DNA of 64,000 nucleotides from Eledone cirrhosa. Lineage: Eukaryota. Shown here piece after piece: positions 55,901 through 64,000 of the stretch. Where the stretch lies: assembly GCA_964016885.1 (NCBI GenBank), contig OZ024741.1, positions 54,870,001 through 54,934,000 on the forward strand, in the 5' to 3' direction. The notes below the pieces were generated by a model, which did not search any database, was not told the origin of the DNA, and saw nothing but the letters and a program-made list of their open reading frames with translations. The position numbers were made by a program, and so were the translations under genes. How positions within the stretch are numbered: position 1 is the stretch's first letter; each line of letters begins with the position of its first letter.

Positions 55901-57100
55901 ATGGTGTTAGTGTTAGTGGTGGTGGTAGTGGTAGTGATGGAGTTAGTAGTAGAGGTGGTGATGGTGTTAGTGTTAGTGGTGGTGGTAGTGGTAGTGATGG
56001 AGTTAGTAGTAGTGGTGCTGATGGTGTTAGTGTTAGTGGTGGTGGTAGTGGTAGTGGTAGTGATGGGGTTAGTAGTAGAGGTGGTAATGGTGTTAGTGTT
56101 AGTGGTGGTGGTAGTGGTAGTGGTAGTGGTAGTGATGGAGTTAGTAGTAGAGGTGGTGATGGTGTTAGTGTTAGTGGTAGTGGTAGTGGTAGTGATGGGG
56201 TTAGTAGTAGTAGTGGTAATGGTGTTAGTGTTAGTGGTGGTGGTAGTGGTAGTGATGGAGTTAGTAGTAGTGGTGGTAATGGTGTTAGTGTTAGTGGTGG
56301 TGGTAGTGGTAGTGGTAGTGGTAGTGATGGAGTTAGTAGTAGAGGTGGTGATGGTGTTAGTGTTAGTGGTAGTGGTAGTGGTAGTGATGGGGTTAGTAGT
56401 AGTAGTGGTAATGGTGTTAGTGTTAGTGGTGGTGGTAGTGGTAGTGATGGAGTTAGTAGTAGTGGTGGTAATGGTGTTAGTGTTAGTGGTGGTGGTAGTG
56501 GTAGTGGTAGTGGTAGTGATGGAGTTAGTAGTAGAGGTGGTGATGGTGTTAGTGTTAGTGGTGGTGGTAGTGGTAGTGATGGAGTTAGTAGTAGTGGTGG
56601 AAATGGTGTTAGTGTTAGTGGTGGTGGTAGTGGTGGTGGTAATGATGGAGTTAGTAATAGTGGTGGTAATGATGTTAGTGTTAGTAGTGGTGGTAGTGGT
56701 AGTGATGGAGTTAGTAGTAGTGGTGCTGATGGTGTTAGTGTTAGTGTTAGTGGTAGTGGTAGTGTTAGTGATGGAGTTAGTAGTAGTGGTGGTGATGGTG
56801 TTAGTGTTAGTGGTAGTGATAGTGTTAGTGGTAGTGGTAGTGATGGAGTTAGTAGTAGTGGTGGTGATGGTGTTAGTGTTAGTAGTAGTGGTAGTGTTAG
56901 TGATGGAGTTAGTAGTAGTTGTGGTGATAGTGTTAGTGTTAGTGGTAGTGGTAGTGGTAGTGGTAGTTATAGTGGTAGTGATGGTGTTAGTGTTTAGTGG
57001 TAGTGGTAGTGTTAGTGGTAGTGGTAGTGGTAGTGATGGTGTTAGTGATAGTGTTAGTGGTGGTGGTAGTGATGGAGTTAGTAGTAGTGTTGGTGATGGT
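49990..57100. repeat. 60-bp triplet-built minisatellite (agtggtggtggtagtggtagtgatggagttagtagtagtggtggtgatggtgttagtgtt), over 100 units
   Basis: Direct reading; it produces the 1571-2548-aa low-complexity ORFs. Confidence 0.95.
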
Positions 57101-58725
57101 AGTGTGTTGATTGTGGTGGTGGTAGTGTGTTGATTGTGGTGGTAGTGTGTTGATTGTTGTGGTGGTAGTTTGTTGATTGTGCTGGTGGTAGTGTGTTGAT
57201 TGTGGTGATGGTAGTGTATTGATTGTGTTGGTAGTGTGTTGATTGTTGTGGTGGTAGTTTGTTGATTGTGCTGGTGGTAGTTTGTTGATTGTGGTGATGG
57301 TAGTGTATTGATTGTGGTGGTAGTGTGTTGATTGTTGTGGTGGTAGTGTGTTGATTGTGGTGGTGGTAGTTTGTTGATTGTGGTGATGGTAGTGTATTGA
57401 TTGTGGTGGTAGTGTGTTGATTGTTGTGGTGGTAGTGTGTTGATTGTGGTGGTGGTAGTTTGTTGATTGTGGTGATGGTAGTGTATTGATTGTGGTGGTA
57501 GTGTGTTGATTGTTGTGGTGGTAGTTTGTTGATTGTGCTGGTGGTAGTGTGTTGATTGTTGTGATGGTAGTGTGTTGATTGTGGTGGTAGTTTGTTGATT
57601 GTGCTGGTGGTAGTGTGTTGATTGTTGTGATGGTAGTGTGTTGATTGTGGTGGTAGTTTGTTGATTGTGGTTGTGGTAGTGTGTTGATTGTGGTGGTAGT
57701 GTGTTGATTGTTGTGGTGGTAGTTTGTTGATTGTGCTGGTGGTAGTGTGTTGATTGTGCTGGTAGTAGTGTGTTGATTGTGGTTGTGGTAGTGTGTTGAT
57801 TGTGCTGGTGGTAGTGGAAATGGTGGTGATGATGCGGTGGTGGTGGTGGTTTTAGTAATAGTGGTGGAGATGGTGGTAGTGGCAATGGTGGTGGTGATAT
57901 TAGTGGCATTGGTGGTGATAGTGTGTTGATTGCGGTGGTGGTAGTGGAAATGCTGGTGGTGGTGTGTTAGCGGTGGTAGCGGTGGTGGTGATATAACTTG
58001 TCTTTAATATGGTAAATTGATTAAATATTTTTCTTGTTGCTATCGATGCTGCCATTATTATTATCACTGATGTTGTTGTTGTTGTTCGCACCATTATCAC
58101 CACCATCGTCACCATCGTCATCATCATCAGTATTATTATTATTGCTGTTTTTGTTGTTGTTGTCATAATTATTATTATTGTTGATGATGATGTTGTTGTC
58201 GTTATCATTGTATTTGGTGGTGGTGGTGGTGGCGGTGGTGGTGGTGACAAGGGTTATGGTGGTGGGGATGGGGTTGTGGAGGTGGTGGTAATGGGGGAGG
58301 TCGCAGTGGTGGTAGTGGAGGTGGTGGTAATGGCGGAGGTGGCAGTGGTGGTGGTGGTGGAGGTGGTAGTGATGGAAGAGGTGGTACAGGTGGTGGTGGA
58401 GATGCTACAGGTGGTGAAGGAGATGGTGGTACGGGTGGTGATGGAGATGGTAGTGATGGAGGTGGTGGTACAGGTGGTGGTAGGCTGGTGGTACAGGTGG
58501 TGGTGGAGGTGGTGGTAGGCTGGTGGTACAGGTGGTGGTGGAGGTGGTGGTAATGGGGGAGGTGGCAGTGGTGGTGGTGGTGGAGGTGGTAGTGATGGAA
58601 GAGGTGGTACAGGTGGTGGTGGAGGTGGTACAGGTGGTGATGGAAGTGGTGGTACAAGTGGTGATGGAGGTGGTAGTGATGGAGGTGGTGGTACAGGTGG
58701 TGGTAATGGGGGGAGGTTGCAGTGG
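57100..58725. repeat. 20-23-bp minisatellite (gtagtgtgttgattgtggtg; 57100-57810) and (GGT)n-derived low-complexity tract (58215-58725)
   Basis: Direct reading. Confidence 0.9.
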
Positions 58726-58786
58726 TACTCATAATAGATCATCTGTTTCAATTTAAAACTGCGGAATTAATTATAATATTCATGTG

Positions 58787-58800
58787 GTTACCGTGGCAAC
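58787..58800. promoter_or_regulatory. RFX X-box-like motif GTTACCGTGGCAAC
   Basis: Matches the X-box consensus GTTNCC-N-GGNAAC and sits in a short unique, CpG-containing island (58730-58870) between repeats. Confidence 0.35.
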
Positions 58801-59030
58801 GTATAATCGAGTTGAGCAACGGTCTAATAGAGTTAGTGGCGATAATTAATACAGCTCCACTAATTAGAAGAAGACTGTGTATACATATACATATACCTGT
58901 CTACATATATAAATATATATATTATATATGTATGTGTATAGAGTTGTGTGTATATATACACACACACAAATATAAATATATATATATATATATATATAAT
59001 TAAGTTAAAGTGTACATCTACATATGTATT

Positions 59031-59061
<31 letters not shown>

Positions 59062-59081
59062 TTGTGTGTGTGTATATATAC

Positions 59082-59202
<121 letters not shown>

Positions 59203-59326
59203 ATATATGTGTGTATGTATATATATATATTATTAGTTTTGCGAGGTTTTTGATATGAAATCGTGAGTGTGTTCTGTTATTAATTCTGGCAATATTTTTA
59301 CACAAATATGACCCTCCCCAAGTATA

Positions 59327-59401
<75 letters not shown>

Positions 59402-59503
59402 TCATATATATATATATAAATATATATACATAGGTATATATATATATATATGTGTGTGCGTGTGGGTGAGTATGTATGTACACTCACACACATATATATA
59501 TAT

Positions 59504-59647
<144 letters not shown>

Positions 59648-59887
59648 GTATATATATATATATTTATATTTCGTTTCTGAATTTGTTTAGCAAGATTATT
59701 TATCTGAAAACGTGTGTTGAAACCGATATTGTTATACTTTGGGAAGGTCATGTTGCCAATAAAAAACACACGCTACAGGTGCTTTCACTTCAATTTATTA
59801 TAATAAATTTATAAATTTAGGAATTTATAAATTTATAAATTTCTGGTTGGTTGTTTGGTTCCACAACCAGATAGTTGTTTATATATT

Positions 59888-59930
59888 GTCAAAGTTCTTT
59901 CGTCACACATTCTGTGACCTCTTCAGTGAC
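59888..59930 (-). ncRNA. Minimal type I HHR motif
   Basis: Reverse complement reads gtca CTGAAGA g gtcaca-gaatg-tgtgac GAAAG aa CTT tgac. Confidence 0.75.
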
Positions 59931-59996
59931 TGGGGATTCTTTTCTCTGTTTTTGTGCCTCTCCTTTGTTCTGTCCTACGCCATTTTCTTTCATATA

Positions 59997-60071
<75 letters not shown>

Positions 60072-61108
60072 TTAAGGGTACTATTTATGGTTATGTATGC
60101 AATAAAACCTTTAATGGTAATATATTATATATACACAAACCCTAAATAGTGAAAGATAGTCATTAATTACTATCATATTACCAGTAAGATAAATAGCTCA
60201 ATGTAATAACATCAGTTGTTTTATAGAACGTTCAGATATGACACCCCTTAATGGATCGTAATCATCCTAATATATACACCCTTGTACTTCTTAATGGACA
60301 ACTCTTTTAACCTATAAATGGGTAACATACTCTAGAAATTAGTTATAACTTCATATGATAGGCACGTATTTGAATCACGATTAATGTAGTTTAGGATAGT
60401 AATTTAACTAAGATAACTAGCTAGTTACCTCCCCTTACGCATTAATTCCCCTTAGTCTTTCAGACACTTCCGGAATCTGGACAGCATGACCTATTAATTA
60501 AGAACCGACTGGATACGGTTTATAGCTTGATTATATGCTGAACCACCGCGAATTATACGATAGACAAGTGTTCTCTATATATATTGCGTCTCATGGATTA
60601 TGTGAGTGGTGGTGTGAGCGAAGACAGTGGTACGGCTTTGCCTACGATACAATAAGGTTTGTAGTATGTGGAAAGTTTTTGATATTTTGGTGTTTCCCTG
60701 CATCCGAGACTATATATCATACAGATGTATGAGAATAAATGACTTAATAATCCAGCCCACATAATAAGATCTATTGCCTGCTTCAACTGCCTGACCCTGC
60801 AAATATCATTCTGACGCACTCTAATCATGTATAAATAAGACACGCGTGCATGCTACACGTGAGACTGTTTCATACACTGACTACTCTAAACTTTCCTCTT
60901 GCTTTATCTTCATAGACTGCCAACGCTTCATGTTTATCTTTATTTTCATTCTTGTTTTTATTTTATTTTTATCCTGTAACCTTTATACGTAAATTGCCAT
61001 GCTATACCATTTGATGAATGTCACCCCACTGTTGATCAATATGCGCATATGTTTTATGTGTCTCTTGGGTTGAAAAGGAGGTCAAGTATGTTATAGATCA
61101 GTAAATAG

Positions 61109-61157
61109 TTGCTCCGAAGAATCCAAACCTCGGTTTGGAGGAAACAATTGTAAGCAA
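61109..61157 (+). ncRNA. Type I HHR motif (C4 variant) in PLE-3 pseudo-LTR
   Basis: ttgct CCGAAGA a tccaaacc-tc-ggtttgga g GAAAC aatt GTA agcaa. Stems I and II are perfect. Confidence 0.85.
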
Positions 61158-61411
61158 ATAATGACTTAAACTGAACTTTGATTATTGTAATCTCTATATA
61201 ACTGCTCTGTAAAACAACTGATGTTATTACATTGAGCTATTTATCTTACTAGTAATAGGATAGTAATTAATGACTATCTTTCACTATTTAGGGTTTGTGT
61301 ATATATAATATATTACCATTAAAGGTTTTATTGCATACATAACCATAAATAGTACCCTTAATACTAATAACTGCTCCATTTTGTTGAGCTGATATACCAT
61401 AAATTACCAGC

Positions 61412-63895
61412 ATGCTGATCAAAGACCAACTCCCTATGTCAACCAAGAACATACCTTTACCAACCAAAAATACATATGAAAAGTTGTTGATCAACAGTGT
61501 AAACTCCTTTATCAATAGAGTGAGATGGAGGACATTCCATTATGATAGAAACAAATCTGGCAAGGATAATAACACCAACAAATTTGACTCCTTCGGCTTT
61601 AAAACATTTAGAAGCCCCCCTCATAACACACTACTAAACCACTTCGAAAACGACCTAATTAAACTAGTTAAAAACATTAAATACAAAAAACACCATAATA
61701 AAAACAACACCTTCTTAAACAAACTTAGCACCTCTATTAATGACTTCAAAACTAGTAGTAAAATTTTTGTACATGCCGACAAAACTAATAACATATACAG
61801 CCTAGATTATAATACGTATAGAAAGTTTATATATAATGAACTACATAAAAGCTACAAGAAAACCACTATGAAAAACTTAGAAGATATTAATATGGAAGGC
61901 TATAATATAGTATCCAAACTAGGGCTCCAGAGACATACACAACCTTACACCCCAAACCCCCCTAGATTCTCTCTGAAGGACCATAAGGTAGACTTCATTA
62001 GCAACCCCTCGATTAGACTAATCTGCCCCTCCAGGTCTGACATTGGCATTATCAGTAAAAAAATCCTAGACAAAATCATCCCACAGATTAAACACAAGAT
62101 TTACCTTAAACAATGGGGAAATACGGGTGAAGTGATTGAATGGTTCAAAAATATCATTGATAGCAAGGATAAAAAATTTATTCAATTTGATATCAACTCT
62201 TACTACACCTCTATTTCCCCTATCCTACTAAATAAGGCACTTATAATGGCCATGGACAATAGTGACTTGACTAGACCCCAGATTGATGTCATACTTGCGG
62301 CCCGTAAAACATTAATCACCTTTGAAGACCAATTATGGACCCGCAAGGATACGCAAAACAACTTCGACATTACTATGGGGTCTAGTGACTCGGCGCAGGT
62401 CACTGATTTAGTTGGCCTATACTTACTTAACCTAATCCACAGGGAACTTCCGTACCTCAGCGGTGGTTTGTATCGTGACGACGCACTTCTACTTATAGAC
62501 TATAAAAAATTCAATATAGAAAGGACTAGAAAACTATTGCACAAAACATTCAAAAACTTTAACCTTAGTATTACCATGGACAAAAACACCAAAAACGTCA
62601 ACTTCCTAGACGCCACACTCTACTTAGACTCAATGATATATGCACCTTTCCACAAACCTAATGAAAAACTCATCTACGTAGATACCAAGTCTAACCACCC
62701 TAAATCTATATTGAACTCTATCTCTAAGGGAGTATCTAATAGAATCTCTAATCTATCCTATGACATAAACACATTTAACAATAACTTGCAGTATTATAAT
62801 CAGGCATTAGCTAGATCAGGCCATAATACAGGGATAGAGTTCCTACCTACAAAAACACATAGCTACAACATCATTTCACACAACATGTCCATGGGAAAAT
62901 TTAATAATAGGAATAGCAACTGCACACACACTAATAGGGATTGTAACAACAAAAGTAACCCGCACCACAGAAATGACCATAGGGACATTAAAGGAAACAA
63001 ATCACCAGACATAAAAAACAGAAATAGAAGAAGAAATAATACATTTTTCAACCCTCCTTTCAATTTAAACGTCTCTACCAACCTTCCTAGGGCTTTCTTC
63101 TCACTACTAGATAAACACTTCCCATCCGGCCACAGGTACCACGGCCTTTTAAACAAAAACACTATTAAGATCTCATACTCTACTACGCCTAACTTAGCAT
63201 ACCACATAGCTAGTACAAATAAAAGAAAAATTAATTCTTACTTCCAACAAACTAAATCACAACGGTCGATAAACCTTCAAAATAACATTCAAAATAACAG
63301 TCAAAGTAACATTATAACAAATAACCGTAATATCAATGGAATTAATAGTAATAACACTAGTGTAAACATTAACGCTGCGTACCACAACCCACATAACCAT
63401 AACCCTATAGCTAACATCCAAACTTCTACACAGCATAGTAACCGGCAGACTAGCACCCAGAGTAATTGTAACTGTAGATCAAGTAGAACCTTCCCTTTAG
63501 ATAAAAAATGCTTAACCAAGGATATCATATACTCATGTACAGTCACAACTAACAGCTCTTCTGAAACCTATATAGGCTCCACTTCTAACTGCTTCAAAAC
63601 TAGATACAATTCGCACCTCTACTCTTTCAAAAAACACAGTCTAGCCAACTCCACTTCACTATCTAGCTACATACACCATCTAAAAACTAAAAATAAAATA
63701 TATACACTTAAATGGGAAGTGGTAGGTAGTGCAACATCGTACAAACCACCTAATAAATTTTGTAACCTCTGTCTACTAGAGACCCATACTATCATCTTCT
63801 CTAAACATAATCTCCTTAATAAAAAATCAGAAGTGTTCGCAACTTGCCAACACCGCTTCCGACACTCGTTCCAAAACTTTAAACCCTATATATAA
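61412..63895 (+). CDS. PLE reverse transcriptase with C-terminal GIY-YIG endonuclease (probably Hydra clade), 827 aa
   Basis: LKDHK..RLICP, FIQFDINSYYTSI, MGSSDSAQVTDLVG, GLYRDD, NFLD, KSNHP, CNCRSSRTFPLDKKC, IIY..ETYIG, CNLC, CQH. The frame is uninterrupted. Confidence 0.95.
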   Translation: MLIKDQLPMSTKNIPLPTKNTYEKLLINSVNSFINRVRWRTFHYDRNKSGKDNNTNKFDSFGFKTFRSPPHNTLLNHFENDLIKLVKNIKYKKHHNKNNTFLNKLSTSINDFKTSSKIFVHADKTNNIYSLDYNTYRKFIYNELHKSYKKTTMKNLEDINMEGYNIVSKLGLQRHTQPYTPNPPRFSLKDHKVDFISNPSIRLICPSRSDIGIISKKILDKIIPQIKHKIYLKQWGNTGEVIEWFKNIIDSKDKKFIQFDINSYYTSISPILLNKALIMAMDNSDLTRPQIDVILAARKTLITFEDQLWTRKDTQNNFDITMGSSDSAQVTDLVGLYLLNLIHRELPYLSGGLYRDDALLLIDYKKFNIERTRKLLHKTFKNFNLSITMDKNTKNVNFLDATLYLDSMIYAPFHKPNEKLIYVDTKSNHPKSILNSISKGVSNRISNLSYDINTFNNNLQYYNQALARSGHNTGIEFLPTKTHSYNIISHNMSMGKFNNRNSNCTHTNRDCNNKSNPHHRNDHRDIKGNKSPDIKNRNRRRNNTFFNPPFNLNVSTNLPRAFFSLLDKHFPSGHRYHGLLNKNTIKISYSTTPNLAYHIASTNKRKINSYFQQTKSQRSINLQNNIQNNSQSNIITNNRNINGINSNNTSVNINAAYHNPHNHNPIANIQTSTQHSNRQTSTQSNCNCRSSRTFPLDKKCLTKDIIYSCTVTTNSSSETYIGSTSNCFKTRYNSHLYSFKKHSLANSTSLSSYIHHLKTKNKIYTLKWEVVGSATSYKPPNKFCNLCLLETHTIIFSKHNLLNKKSEVFATCQHRFRHSFQNFKPYI

Positions 63896-64000
63896 TAATG
63901 TCAGACTGGAACCGGCACCACCCCTAGCAATTAACATCAGTAACACACCTTACACCTCACATCCACACCCACCTCTATACTCTAAAGATAATACTGACAG

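Larger units (their letters stand above)
60067..64000 (+). mobile_element. Penelope-like element PLE-3: inverted partial pseudo-LTR, pseudo-LTR, intact ORF (continues past the window)
   Basis: 60067-60227 is the reverse complement of 61206-61366. HHR at 61109-61157, ORF at 61412-63895, (TA)n on the left flank. Confidence 0.95.

Noticed and set aside
50273-57133. Poly-Val ORFs of 1571 and 654 aa
   Set aside because: They are biophysically implausible by-products of the GTN triplet repeat.
58205-58751. Pro-rich (formin/extensin-like) and His-rich ORFs
   Set aside because: This is (CCA)n-derived low complexity open in several frames with no flanking domain.

Overview
Eukaryotic, microsatellite-rich DNA. 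The tRNA-derived SINEs and (GAT)n-tailed repeats resemble those of octopod cephalopods; this assignment is inference. No host gene can be called with confidence. The window is dominated by Penelope-like retroelements (PLEs; RT plus C-terminal GIY-YIG endonuclease with CxCx5C, CxxC and CxH motifs, best matching the Hydra clade). There is one intact 827-aa ORF (61412-63895), one frameshifted full-length copy with a 1.26-kb inverted 3' duplicate (4672-9365), one 5'-truncated copy (21238-24000) and one endonuclease fragment missing from the ORF track (18483-18970). Most inserts between (TA)n tracts are small non-coding elements with a fold-back or tandem structure and a type I hammerhead ribozyme (HHR) motif. 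By eye I count about 19 families of different sequence and more than 30 motifs. They include two families with a compensatory U3-A8 core, several C4 variants, palindromic stem III loops and a 553-bp retrozyme-like tandem array. The remainder is SINEs, a Helitron-like element and large minisatellites (67-bp and 60-bp units) that account for the giant low-complexity ORFs. All structures were paired by hand; nothing was computed or database-searched.
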